IMG/VR virus record: IMGVR_UViG_3300003690_000002 | Coordinates: 122,399 to 186,398 of that record | Strand: one strand, 5' to 3' | Length of the DNA stretch: 64,000 bases | Origin: a virus | In this document: positions 22,121 through 31,794 of the stretch, piece after piece | Layout of the letters: each line of letters begins with the position of its first letter | Numbering within the stretch: position 1 is the first letter of the stretch | Made by a program: the position numbers and the translations under genes | Notes under the pieces: model-generated | Told to the model about the DNA's origin: nothing | What the model saw: the letters and a program-made list of their open reading frames with translations, nothing else | Database searches by the model: none

Positions 22121-24882
22121 ATGTTTTTTTCTTTTTTTCTTTCCTCTATTAATCTTAAAGCTTTGTAAATCATTGTGCGAACCTTTTTTTCAAGTGTAAG
22201 TTGTTTGTCTGGAATTTCTCCTTCGACTCGACCGAGATTCTTAAATCTTCTATAAATGCCTACTATTTTTGGTAATAGTTCTTGTAATGCTTTTACTTTC
22301 TTTTTGTTTAATTTTGAATAATCATTATTTAATATTGCGCTTTTGACATCAATGGAAGTCATTAATGTTTCAAGTTGATTGACTAAACTATCTGGGACCT
22401 CACCTACTGTTTTGCCTCGCAGGTCTTCGATTTCAACTTTTTGCATAACATCTATCATTTTAAAAATTGCATCAATTTTTGTTTGCTGTCCTGCGCGACC
22501 TTCTACATATTTTTTTGAGTATGCCACATCTGCAACTCGTATCATGTCAGAAGCTTTCTCAACAAATTTTTCAAGATTTTTATCTATATGTTGGAGAAAA
22601 TTTATTGCTGCATGCATTGTTGCAGGATCAATTTGTTCATCAAAGAAAAATTTAATATCTTGAATCTGAGCATGTCGAGGTGCTTTTGTTGCCATTGGTC
22701 CATGTTTGTGTGGAATCCGTGGAAGAGGGCTGCCAACATCGATGTCCCTAAGTGATGGTGGAATTAGGTGAATTCGAATATTGTCTGTTATATAGTCTTT
22801 AAGGTAGTCTGGAGTTACAGGATCGACATGAAGAGGTAGTTCTATTTGCTTTTCTCCCTTGCCAAACAGCTCAAGCTGTCTATTGGCTGCATCTACAGAT
22901 GCTTTAAGTTCTTTTTGAAATTGGTTTATAAGGTCATTTGTAAACTGCGTTGATTGAATAAAGCGATTATTAATAATTTGACCGTCTTCATACATGTTTT
23001 GAACCATTTTAAAAAATTCATCTTGTTCTGTATTTTTAACCGGACCAAGCCCATACTTGGATAGATAACGTTCAGTACCTAATGAAATTTTAACATCACC
23101 CTCTGTTTTATCAATTTCTGTAAAATGTTTTAATTCTAGTCCGTCGTCTTCAAGCCTTATTACTAAGACGTCTGTGGCTGTGGGCTCAGCATATCCAAGG
23201 CTTGCAAACACTGATTTAATTTTTCTTCTAATGTTAGAATAGTCTGCCTCTACTTTTTCGATATCTTCTACAAAACTTTCGAAACCTTCTGGGGAAGAAT
23301 CGTAGTAGTCCTGCGCGTATGGGTCAAATTGTATTGTTATATCCACTGTGTCGCCAAGAGTATTTATTGCTGTATCCTCGACCTGAAGATCTCCAAATTC
23401 ATCTTCTAGTGCCTCATCAATGTCATGATATAATACTTTTTTTTCCTCGTAAGATGCTGGTATCTCCTCAATGAAAAGATCTTTACTAAATATAATGTTA
23501 ACTCCACCATGGAAACTTACGTATGGATATCCTTCATCTCCTTCTTCTACATCGTAATTAACCCAGCAATGTTCAAGATCTGCTCTTCTTTCAACCTCTG
23601 CAGCCCCTTCCGTATATTCGTTCCATAGCTCTTCGTGTTGATCCGGTCCTTCATCGTCTGAGTCTTCTGTTACATCGCCTGTGAAAAGTGGCTGGAACTT
23701 CATAAAAAACTTATTAAATAGTTTTGATGCTTGGCTGTCTGAGTATGAGCCCCCGGTGCGCGTGAACTTTCGCATATACTCTGGGTCAATTGCTCCTTCA
23801 TCATTGACTGCCTCTTTAAATTGTGGCTGATTTTCAAGAGCCCACGATCTTAATTTTGTATAAAATCCCGGAATATCTACACCATAAGTTCTTATTTCGG
23901 GTATTGCTAAGTCGTATTTATGGTCACTTTTATGGAATCTTCGAAGTCTAATTCTAGAAATTGGTTCAATTCCTTCAATATCTCTCGCATCATCTTCAAA
24001 TATTTCCTCGTCATCAAGATTAACACCTTCTAAGTCTTTTGTTGCAACCACATAAGCTATTGGACCATGCCCTCTTGCCTCCCCCATGGCACAATGAAAA
24101 TAATCTGAACCTTCCGAATGACAAGAGTGAATTACTGCGAAGTCTGACATTCGCACAACATCGATTGGATGGCGAGAAATAATAATTGAGTATTCTATGC
24201 CCGCCGAGTCGGGATTTTCACGGTAAAATTGAGACTTTTTGTTCCAGAAATCTATCATTGAATTAAGTTGATGAAGCCCGGTGGATTTGCGCATTGAAGG
24301 AAAAGTCTTTTGTAAGGTTTGTTCTGTTGTATCTTCTTTGTCTTGTAAATCACGATATTCTTTAGACTTAATTATTTTATCCCTTGTTTCCTGATCTCCA
24401 AAAGGAATCGGAGCTATGTGTTCTTGATGAAATTTATATCGTTTGTTGTAAGCTTCCTGCGTTCGTTGACCCAAACGAAGTGCCTTGGCTAGTAATTTAC
24501 CAATCTTTTGTTTTTCTGTTCTGGGTTGACCAGCGCCAACTCCGGTAACACGTCGGACCGGAGCCGGGATGTTTAGATCCGGCGCTGATGCTTCCCTTGT
24601 AGCTAGTCCGGTTCCAATATCCGCTTTCCAGCCATTATCATCAAGGTATCTAATAATTTTGCCAACTCCTGATGTTGGGCTTATTGCGCTGCCTAAAGAT
24701 ATACTAGTACGCATTTTTCCATTAAATAACTTATTAAATGGCAGCGCCTCGTCGCCCTGATCTGCTAGCCAGTCTTTTATTCTACTATAGTTTTCATCAG
24801 AAATCTCATTTAAAACTTCTTCATAAAGGGTTTGTTTTTCGGCTTGGTTTTGAAATTTTCGCCAATTTTCAAAATATTTCAT
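22114..24882 (-). CDS. large hypothetical protein (922 aa) with a WRK leader
   Basis: MKYFENWRKF start (ATGA overlap with the upstream stop); long ORF. Confidence 0.8.
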   Translation of the reverse strand: MKYFENWRKFQNQAEKQTLYEEVLNEISDENYSRIKDWLADQGDEALPFNKLFNGKMRTSISLGSAISPTSGVGKIIRYLDDNGWKADIGTGLATREASAPDLNIPAPVRRVTGVGAGQPRTEKQKIGKLLAKALRLGQRTQEAYNKRYKFHQEHIAPIPFGDQETRDKIIKSKEYRDLQDKEDTTEQTLQKTFPSMRKSTGLHQLNSMIDFWNKKSQFYRENPDSAGIEYSIIISRHPIDVVRMSDFAVIHSCHSEGSDYFHCAMGEARGHGPIAYVVATKDLEGVNLDDEEIFEDDARDIEGIEPISRIRLRRFHKSDHKYDLAIPEIRTYGVDIPGFYTKLRSWALENQPQFKEAVNDEGAIDPEYMRKFTRTGGSYSDSQASKLFNKFFMKFQPLFTGDVTEDSDDEGPDQHEELWNEYTEGAAEVERRADLEHCWVNYDVEEGDEGYPYVSFHGGVNIIFSKDLFIEEIPASYEEKKVLYHDIDEALEDEFGDLQVEDTAINTLGDTVDITIQFDPYAQDYYDSSPEGFESFVEDIEKVEADYSNIRRKIKSVFASLGYAEPTATDVLVIRLEDDGLELKHFTEIDKTEGDVKISLGTERYLSKYGLGPVKNTEQDEFFKMVQNMYEDGQIINNRFIQSTQFTNDLINQFQKELKASVDAANRQLELFGKGEKQIELPLHVDPVTPDYLKDYITDNIRIHLIPPSLRDIDVGSPLPRIPHKHGPMATKAPRHAQIQDIKFFFDEQIDPATMHAAINFLQHIDKNLEKFVEKASDMIRVADVAYSKKYVEGRAGQQTKIDAIFKMIDVMQKVEIEDLRGKTVGEVPDSLVNQLETLMTSIDVKSAILNNDYSKLNKKKVKALQELLPKIVGIYRRFKNLGRVEGEIPDKQLTLEKKVRTMIYKALRLIEERKKEKNIC

Positions 24883-25496
24883 ATGTGGGGGCTCCCTATC
24901 ATAATTTTCATATCTGCATGTATGCCACCAATTTTTCTGATGTACCATCCATCATATCCTGGATATATCCCTTCGGGGTGTTTTCCTATCCATTCTACTT
25001 TTTTTCCTAAAACTTTTTCAACATCTTTTTGATTATCAATATAAGGTACACCATGTTTTGTTAACATTATGTGTGCTATCTTTTTTGATGCTTCCCCATA
25101 ATATCCAGATGTATTAAATAGCTTACTAAACTCGTCAAGAGCGATCATCTTGCTTGTTCTTTCTCCATCGTGTCCTACAACTGCTAGTTTGGTTCCTGCG
25201 CTTTTATATTTTCCTCCGACAAGAGCATCAGGGTCTGGATCCTCATCGACATCGATAGCTTTCCAATAAGTATAATCAGATGGAACGTCTTCTGAAGATT
25301 GGAAATCAAAATGTCCTTCCGGTTCGTGAGAAAAAGCAGTGGCAATTAAATCATAAAGTTGTTTTGTTAAATCTATATTTTCCTTATTTTTTAAATCTGT
25401 AGCAGATATGTCAACCCATTCACCTTTTTTTGGTTCGTAATCTTCAAACTTTTTCTCATTTATATATTTTCGCCAATTTTCAAGTAGGAGTTTCAT
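24879..25496 (-). CDS. WRK-leader protein
   Basis: MKLLLENWRKYINE. Confidence 0.8.
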   Translation of the reverse strand: MKLLLENWRKYINEKKFEDYEPKKGEWVDISATDLKNKENIDLTKQLYDLIATAFSHEPEGHFDFQSSEDVPSDYTYWKAIDVDEDPDPDALVGGKYKSAGTKLAVVGHDGERTSKMIALDEFSKLFNTSGYYGEASKKIAHIMLTKHGVPYIDNQKDVEKVLGKKVEWIGKHPEGIYPGYDGWYIRKIGGIHADMKIMIGSPHI

Positions 25497-25720
25497 TTAT
25501 TTTCTTTACCCCGTTTTTTTAAAGCCCCATAAACTTTAGAAAGTTCTTCCCCGGTCAGATCATCCAAATGAGACTTACCCGTAAGTTCCTTAGTCCAATT
25601 CATAAATTGAGCATCGTCGTCCCATGGGATATCTAACTCCTTTGCACGTTTGTGTATATCTTCTACGGATATCTTTTCTTCTTTTAAATATTTTCGCCAA
25701 TTTTCAAGTAGGAGTTTCAT
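25464..25720. repeat. 33-bp identical direct repeat (leader coding sequence)
   Basis: 25464-25496 = 25688-25720; a 17-bp core also occurs at 24856-24872. Confidence 0.9.
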
Positions 25721-25723
25721 CAT
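25493..25723 (-). CDS. WRK-leader protein
   Basis: MKLLLENWRKYLKEE. Confidence 0.8.
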   Translation of the reverse strand: MMKLLLENWRKYLKEEKISVEDIHKRAKELDIPWDDDAQFMNWTKELTGKSHLDDLTGEELSKVYGALKKRGKENK

Positions 25724-25737
25724 AATAAGTCCATTAG

Positions 25738-25745
25738 TAATTAGT
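25738..25745 (-). promoter_or_regulatory. candidate late-promoter motif ACTAATTA
   Basis: Heads the leader-gene cluster, downstream of the Hsp20 terminator. Confidence 0.45.
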
Positions 25746-25762
25746 TAATACGCTTTTAAAAT

Positions 25763-25798
25763 AAAAAAAGGCGAGCAAATTGCAATTTGCTCGCCTTT
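25763..25798 (-). terminator. terminator (perfect 32-bp palindrome)
   Basis: aaaggcgagcaaattgcaatttgctcgccttt at 25767-25798 plus a T tract on the minus strand. Confidence 0.8.
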
Positions 25799-25830
25799 AA
25801 TTAGTTTTAAGCCGTGTTAAGTTCCTTTAT

Positions 25831-26262
25831 TTACTTAACTTTGATAGAAGATACAATTGGTTCTTCTACTTTTTGTTTGGCAACAAAAACATTTAACACT
25901 CCAGATTTATATTCGGCAGAAATATCTGAGGTTTGTGTCCCTTCGGGAACTACCCATGAGCGCTTAAGTTGTGAATGTGCAAAGCTATTATCGCTTTTAT
26001 CAGACACATCATACGAAACTGTTAATACATCACTTTTAAGCTCAACATTGAAATCTTTCTTTTCAAGCCCTGGAGCAGCCACTGAAATTTTGTGAGATGC
26101 TTCAGTTTCCGTTACGCTTATGCCGCGTTCGGAAGCATGTGTATTATCAAGAATTCGCCAACTAGTAGAAAACAGTGGGGAATTAAAAAAATCATCAAAA
26201 ATGCTTTTTTGGCTGTGCCGACTAAGGCTGGGCATGTGATACCGACGAGATAGACTATTCAT
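25831..26262 (-). CDS. small heat-shock protein (Hsp20/alpha-crystallin)
   Basis: APGLEKKDFNVE...LTVS...AEYKSGVLNV. Confidence 0.88.
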   Translation of the reverse strand: MNSLSRRYHMPSLSRHSQKSIFDDFFNSPLFSTSWRILDNTHASERGISVTETEASHKISVAAPGLEKKDFNVELKSDVLTVSYDVSDKSDNSFAHSQLKRSWVVPEGTQTSDISAEYKSGVLNVFVAKQKVEEPIVSSIKVK

Positions 26263-26373
26263 AATAATTATTTTCCTTTTTTTGTTTGTTTTAGTCACTT
26301 TCGTTCGACAGCCTTAGTCGGCTGCCACTCTTATAAAAATATAGGAAAGTTTTCAAACATGTCAAGTCTTTTT

Positions 26374-26772
26374 TTAATTTTTATTTATGGAAATATTATA
26401 ACCTAATAATTCTTTTTTACAATTAGCCAAAGAAGCAAGGTAAACAGAAACTCTTACCATCTCTTCATCTGATATATAATATATATTTTGTTCTTCTTTA
26501 CTCTCATCAATAGTCATTTCAACTTTATTTAATATCTTAAGCATTAAACTTGTCGTCGCATATGCTTCACACAATAGTGATAATATTTCATGATTATGAA
26601 TATTAAAACTTACATGGTGAGAGATTAAAGACCTTAAAGCCACTTCGCAGCTGCTGGCAATTTTATAAAATCCCTTAAAAGATAATTCTGAAAGCTCAAG
26701 GTAAATTATTTTATTTTGCTTGTTCGTTTTTTTCTCACTGTGATGCTCTTTATGTTGGTGCCTACACCCCAA
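26374..26772 (-). CDS. hypothetical protein
   Basis: 132-aa ORF. Confidence 0.6.
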   Translation of the reverse strand: MGCRHQHKEHHSEKKTNKQNKIIYLELSELSFKGFYKIASSCEVALRSLISHHVSFNIHNHEILSLLCEAYATTSLMLKILNKVEMTIDESKEEQNIYYISDEEMVRVSVYLASLANCKKELLGYNISINKN

Positions 26773-27137
26773 AACTGCTTATTCTTACGTAAATTTGCCA
26801 ACAACAATAGCTGAATATATATTTCTCCGTCTTCGCTCTTTTTAATTGAATATTTATATGGCTTGCTTTCAAATAAGCCATAAAGTGGTTTTCTCTTTCT
26901 TTTAGGTGGAGTATTTAAATATTCAATGCATCCTTCTACAATTTCATCATTTGTTTTTCCATCTTTTATATGACACGTATAATCAAGTTCAATATTAACC
27001 CCCACGATCCAACATCTTTTTTCACGCTTTTTAATTGGATAAGAGGAAGTTAAATAGATCCCGTATTTAATTCTTTTATTGCTAGTCGTGATCAAAGAGC
27101 CATGCTTTTTAAGTGGTTTAAATCTACATTTAATCAT
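26706..27137 (-). CDS. hypothetical basic protein
   Basis: 143-aa ORF. Confidence 0.55.
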   Translation of the reverse strand: MIKCRFKPLKKHGSLITTSNKRIKYGIYLTSSYPIKKREKRCWIVGVNIELDYTCHIKDGKTNDEIVEGCIEYLNTPPKRKRKPLYGLFESKPYKYSIKKSEDGEIYIQLLLLANLRKNKQFWGVGTNIKSITVRKKRTSKIK

Positions 27138-27633
27138 CGAATTCTTTACCTTCTAGTGTGTAGCCGTCTTGATCGAAAAGATCTTCTAATCTTTCGTCAA
27201 CATCCTCAGCTTTTTCTTTTACCCAGTCATTTTCTAAAACTTCTTCTTGACTAGAGCTTTCTTTAGTTTTTGGGATGGTGGTAATTGAGCCATATTTTTT
27301 TAAATTAAACTGGGTTTCTATATATTTTTTTAATTCCGGGAGCTTGCCCAATATAAAATTATCTAATGTTTTGTTTTTTTGATTCTCATTATTATTATAG
27401 TGCAAGACAATAGGTATTTCATTAAATTTAAATAATTTTTTTATTTTTTCAAGCTCTTTTGGTGCAAAGTCCATAATCGTAATTAAAAAACTACATTTTT
27501 TCTCTATTAAATAAGAAATTATTTCATCACTCTCTGCGCATTCGCTAAATACATATACATGAAAAAACTCATCCCTTGATGACACTTTTGCTTTCCCCTT
27601 TATATAATTTACTTTGAACAACTTTTGGGGCAC
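27130..27633 (-). CDS. possible glutaredoxin/thioredoxin-fold protein
   Basis: VYVFSECAES (CxxS) and EIPIV resemble a Grx core; acidic tail. Confidence 0.35.
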   Translation of the reverse strand: MPQKLFKVNYIKGKAKVSSRDEFFHVYVFSECAESDEIISYLIEKKCSFLITIMDFAPKELEKIKKLFKFNEIPIVLHYNNNENQKNKTLDNFILGKLPELKKYIETQFNLKKYGSITTIPKTKESSSQEEVLENDWVKEKAEDVDERLEDLFDQDGYTLEGKEFDD

Positions 27634-27895
27634 CCACTACCACCAAATCAAACCCTGATTGACCCCTGCTTAAGCCAAGGCGAGTAAATTCTTGTCTTTT
27701 GTCCAACCCTTCGGGTAGATCTCCGCCTACAAATTTTTGCAAAAAGTCCTCCGCTTCCTTAAGATAAACTACATATTCTGGATTAATATATATCTCTCTT
27801 AATTTAAAACTTGGTTTTGGATTGCGCTTATTTGCAACATCTTCTATACTTGAATAACTTAATCCAGTACCATAAATTTCAACAAATTTAATCAT
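27569..27895 (-). CDS. phage hypothetical protein
   Basis: LREIYINPEYVV...QEFTR...VVG. Confidence 0.7.
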   Translation of the reverse strand: MIKFVEIYGTGLSYSSIEDVANKRNPKPSFKLREIYINPEYVVYLKEAEDFLQKFVGGDLPEGLDKRQEFTRLGLSRGQSGFDLVVVGAPKVVQSKLYKGESKSVIKG

Positions 27896-28115
27896 AACAT
27901 TTCCTTGTTTCTTTTTCATGGACAAACCATGATTCGCCATTATGCAAAATTTTTAAAAACTTTCCGTCAACTTTTTCATCATCTACCACTAAAGCGTTTA
28001 TGGGTTCAGAAGTACGTAAATACCCATTTGGAGTAGCGTAGGCTGTCTTCGATTTACTAAATTTATAAAGCACCGTTTCAGCTGGTATATATATAAGATT
28101 TCCTTTATTATTCAT
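27888..28115 (-). CDS. hypothetical protein (SH3-like)
   Basis: KGNLIYIP...KILHNGESWFV. Confidence 0.65.
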   Translation of the reverse strand: MNNKGNLIYIPAETVLYKFSKSKTAYATPNGYLRTSEPINALVVDDEKVDGKFLKILHNGESWFVHEKETRKCYD

Positions 28116-28470
28116 TGTCTTCTGTAGGCGCTATTTTATTAAAATCTTGGGCTGTAACATTATTTGTTTCGTGAGGAAGAACGCCAGGAGGTGAGTCCAA
28201 CATAGATGAATCTATTAAGGCTTTTTGATATCCTAGTAAGATATTTGTGCATTCTGATAAGCGCGTATCAATGTCAGCTAACTTTTCTCGTACATTGTCA
28301 ATTTTTTTGACAGACGCATTTACATTGTTATTTTGTTGTATTTCTTTATGGGCACAACTAAGGTCTTTAACCGCTTTGTTAGAAAGTTCCTCTATAGCTT
28401 CGCTGATTAACCCTGCGATTTTTTCAGGTAAATCATCGAAATTGACTGAATACGAAATTGTTGCTCTCAC
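28108..28470 (-). CDS. coiled-coil hypothetical protein
   Basis: 120-aa ORF after a promoter. Confidence 0.65.
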   Translation of the reverse strand: MRATISYSVNFDDLPEKIAGLISEAIEELSNKAVKDLSCAHKEIQQNNNVNASVKKIDNVREKLADIDTRLSECTNILLGYQKALIDSSMLDSPPGVLPHETNNVTAQDFNKIAPTEDNE

Positions 28471-28497
28471 AAATCACCTTTACAATTATACTCTTTA

Positions 28498-28526
28498 AGT
28501 ATAGCAACTTCTAATAAAATTGTCAA
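28498..28526 (-). promoter_or_regulatory. sigma70-type promoter
   Basis: TTGACA-17-TATACT. Confidence 0.65.
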
Positions 28527-28535
28527 GAAAAATAT

Positions 28536-28805
28536 TTATATTATATTCATATATTTAAAAACTAGTGCGGTGCCCATGCCAATTATACTTGTGGTTATAA
28601 GCCAAATTAGCCTAGTCATTGAAGTTTTCCAACTCTCTAATTCTCTGATTCGAGCATAAATACCTTGGTCTGGGTGGTAAACTGCTTCTTTAATCTTAGC
28701 AATGTCTTCTGCCATTTCATCTTGCTTATCTTTTACGGTGTTAATATTTTGCATGATTTGCTCAAATTTTCCATTTAGTTCTACATAAGCAACAGAAGAC
28801 TCCAT
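28536..28805 (-). CDS. coiled-coil protein with one C-terminal TM helix (XhlA/holin-like architecture)
   Basis: Heptad region then a hydrophobic C-terminus; GGAG SD. Confidence 0.5.
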   Translation of the reverse strand: MESSVAYVELNGKFEQIMQNINTVKDKQDEMAEDIAKIKEAVYHPDQGIYARIRELESWKTSMTRLIWLITTSIIGMGTALVFKYMNII

Positions 28806-28846
28806 GATGACTAACACTCCTTTTGTTATTTTATTATCTTACTTAT

Positions 28847-28854
28847 TAAATAGT
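28847..28854 (-). promoter_or_regulatory. candidate late-promoter motif ACTATTTA
   Basis: In the short gap after the groEL stop, upstream of the TM gene. Confidence 0.4.
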
Positions 28855-28855
28855 G

Positions 28856-30424
28856 TTAAATTTCGACAATTGCATGATCTGTTGTGATTAATATAGAAAT
28901 AGTTGAAGCCGCATTTTGAAGAGCACATCTTACAACTTTTGCCGGATCGACAATTCCAGCATTAAGCATGTTAACAGCCTTTCCTGTTGAGAAATCCCAT
29001 CCGTTCTCCGGGCGCATACGAAGCACTTTGGCTAATATTAAATCTGGAGAGTCACCAGCGTTACGAGCCATTTGTCGTATTGGTTCTTTGACAGCTTCCA
29101 GCACGATATTAACTCCTAGTTGTTGATCATCATTATTTGTTTTAATTTTCAAACCCTTGGAAGCTCTTAAAATGGCAACACCACCTCCGGCGACAATTCC
29201 CTCTTCTTGGGCGGATTTCACAGCCCCTAAAGCATCTTCAATTCTATGCTTTTTCTCTATCATTTCAATTTCTGTTGCTGCACCGACGCGAATAATTGCA
29301 ATCCCACTAGCTAATCTTGTAATTCTTTCTTGAATTCTTTCACACTCATATAGTGACTCTGTTTGCTCCAACTCGTTTTTCAATAATTCAATTTGTTTTT
29401 CAACCCCTTCAAGATCACCCTTTCCGTCAACAATCGTAGTGGTATTTTTTAATATTTCAATTTTTTTAGCAACACCTAGATGCTGTAACTCTACATCTTT
29501 TAATTTAAGTTCCGATTCTATTGTTACGTATGTTGCCCCAACTGACACTGCCAAATCTTTAAGAATGTTTCTCCGCTCTCTTCCATAATAAGGAGCTTTT
29601 ATAGCCGCAACTTTTAAAGTACCACGCACCGCATTCATAATTAATGCGGCTAGTGCTTGACCTTCAATGTCTTCTGCTACGATAACAAAAGGTCTTCCCT
29701 CCCTTGAAATAATCTCTAATAATGGCATTATCTCATCAATAGATTCGATTTTTCCATCAGTAATAAGAAATAGCGGATTTTCATATATAACTGCATTACG
29801 TTTTTCATCATTGATAAATGCACCGGCTAAATATCCTGAATTGAGCCTAAATCCTTCAACTACGTCTAGGCTTGTTTCGGCGGAACGAGCCTCTTCTATC
29901 GTAATCGCCCCATCTTTTCCTGCCAAGTCAATCGCTTTTGCAATTAGTTTTCCAATTGTTTTATCTCCGTTTGCAGAAATTGTAGCTATATGCTCAATAT
30001 CTTCTTTCGAGGCAATTGGTATCGCTTGTTTTTTTAATTCTTCAACAATCGTAATCACAGCTTTATCAATACCTCTTTTAATATCAATAGGTGGAACTCC
30101 TGCTGCCAAATATTTTTGCGCTTCTTGTAATATTGCTCTTGATAAAACAGTTGATGTGGTTGTTCCATCTCCAGCATCCATATTTGTTTGAGTTGCAGCT
30201 TGTTTAACTATTTGTGCACCAACATTCTCAAATGGGTCTTCTAATTCAATAAATTTTGCCACTGTAACTCCATCTTTTGTTATCACTGGATTGCTATTTT
30301 TTAAATGTAATATTACATTTCTTCCTTTTGGTCCTAAAGTTGAAGCCACATTGTCTGCTAAAAGATTAACACCAGTAAATATTTTTTGTTGTAGTGTTTT
30401 TTTAGATTCGAATTTTTTTGCCAA
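28856..30424 (-). CDS. groEL: chaperonin GroEL
   Basis: TLGPKGRNV, TKDGVTVAK, GDGTTT, EEGIVAGGG; no GGM tail. Confidence 0.97.
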   Translation of the reverse strand: MAKKFESKKTLQQKIFTGVNLLADNVASTLGPKGRNVILHLKNSNPVITKDGVTVAKFIELEDPFENVGAQIVKQAATQTNMDAGDGTTTSTVLSRAILQEAQKYLAAGVPPIDIKRGIDKAVITIVEELKKQAIPIASKEDIEHIATISANGDKTIGKLIAKAIDLAGKDGAITIEEARSAETSLDVVEGFRLNSGYLAGAFINDEKRNAVIYENPLFLITDGKIESIDEIMPLLEIISREGRPFVIVAEDIEGQALAALIMNAVRGTLKVAAIKAPYYGRERRNILKDLAVSVGATYVTIESELKLKDVELQHLGVAKKIEILKNTTTIVDGKGDLEGVEKQIELLKNELEQTESLYECERIQERITRLASGIAIIRVGAATEIEMIEKKHRIEDALGAVKSAQEEGIVAGGGVAILRASKGLKIKTNNDDQQLGVNIVLEAVKEPIRQMARNAGDSPDLILAKVLRMRPENGWDFSTGKAVNMLNAGIVDPAKVVRCALQNAASTISILITTDHAIVEI

Positions 30425-30462
30425 TTTTCACCTCTTAAGATATATTATAACAATTTAAATAT

Positions 30463-30813
30463 TTAATTTATATATTCTTTATCTTTTTTTAAAGTTGGAT
30501 TTTTTAAAAGACCCTGAGTTTTCAATATATTTTTAGTTAAAATATAATAAGGATCTAATATAATTTGACTGTTAATTTTTTCTTTTACAGAGGCGCTAGT
30601 TAAATTTAGGGATTGTTCTATATTTTTCAAACACTCATCTAATTGCTCTAAGTCTGAATTAATAAGTTTAAAATTTGTATCAGTTAAATATGCATCACTT
30701 TCTATTAATCTATCATAAGTTTCTTCTTTCATGTCAACTATCAATAATAGATTATAATATATTTTTATTAAGTTTTCTTCATTTATCATGGCTGTATCTT
30801 CTTGATGCTTCAT
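30463..30813 (-). CDS. hypothetical protein
   Basis: 116-aa ORF; ACTAATTA at 30818-30825 immediately upstream. Confidence 0.6.
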   Translation of the reverse strand: MKHQEDTAMINEENLIKIYYNLLLIVDMKEETYDRLIESDAYLTDTNFKLINSDLEQLDECLKNIEQSLNLTSASVKEKINSQIILDPYYILTKNILKTQGLLKNPTLKKDKEYIN

Positions 30814-30844
30814 TCTATAATTAGTCTTCTAATTCTTTTTGCCA

Positions 30845-31774
30845 CTACTCTCCTCTTTTGTGAGGGTACAGTAAATTAGCTTTATTAGGGTTTAGTTTAG
30901 TGAATAATTTTCGTAATTCTTTTGTCTCTTTTTTAGTTCTACCAAGGATGTAAGTATATTTATGTTTTGCCGTGGCAGGTCTTTTTTGACATCTTAATTT
31001 ATGTCTAGCCCTCTCCTGTTTTAATTGTTTTGCTATTTCTTCTGGAATAATATTCCAATTTACTTTTCGAATGTTTTTCTTTTTTCCAACCATTCTATAC
31101 CATTCCTTCTGCCATTCGATTCCAAGTTTTTTTGCATAGCGAACAATCATGCTTCTATCTGCGAATCCACTATCCCCAAACCAACCTCTATTTAAGTTAT
31201 CAGGATCAAGATATTGATTGCCTGAGCCAAATTGTTGTCCCAAGTAATAAAAATTGCATGCTTGATAAATTGTGCCAAGCTCTTTTGCCTCTGGATCGCT
31301 ATAGGCTGTAAATGACCTAAAAGAAGTGTTTTGAACCATCCAGTGAATAGATTTCATAATAAGCCAAGATCCAAGATTCTTTGGCGACCAGCTTATACAA
31401 GCACCTCTCGATATTAATTTTTCCAAATCTTTATTTTCTTTTCCAAGAAGATGAGAAAAAGAATTAGGCGTTGCCATAATAATAACCCCAGCAAGTTGTC
31501 CTGTGCTTTTAAGTTTCGCTACAAACCTGTGTGTAACCCATATTGGCATTTTTCCTAACCATTCGTGACGTTCAATGAATTGTTTTATATTTCTGCATCG
31601 CTCTTTATCTGTTTTGGGCACAAATTCAAAATCAAAATCTGGAATGCGGAGAGATTTAACTGCTTGTAAATCAAGTCCTGCCTCTAACATGTCTTTCGCT
31701 ATATTTAAACGGCGAATTTCGTGTTGCCAGCAATGAGATTTATTAAAATCTTTAAAACGTTCGTGTGTATACAT
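30845..31774 (-). CDS. Mom-like adenine-modification (GNAT-fold) protein
   Basis: TAYSDP...GTIYQACNFYYLG matches the Mom-family core. Confidence 0.75.
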   Translation of the reverse strand: MYTHERFKDFNKSHCWQHEIRRLNIAKDMLEAGLDLQAVKSLRIPDFDFEFVPKTDKERCRNIKQFIERHEWLGKMPIWVTHRFVAKLKSTGQLAGVIIMATPNSFSHLLGKENKDLEKLISRGACISWSPKNLGSWLIMKSIHWMVQNTSFRSFTAYSDPEAKELGTIYQACNFYYLGQQFGSGNQYLDPDNLNRGWFGDSGFADRSMIVRYAKKLGIEWQKEWYRMVGKKKNIRKVNWNIIPEEIAKQLKQERARHKLRCQKRPATAKHKYTYILGRTKKETKELRKLFTKLNPNKANLLYPHKRGE

Positions 31775-31794
31775 TGGTTATTTAAGATGAAATA

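Noticed and set aside
19056-25723. Diversity-generating retroelement behind the repeated leaders or GDLV paralogs
   Set aside because: No reverse transcriptase in the window, and no template/variable pair differing only at adenines; identity is confined to short 5' ends.
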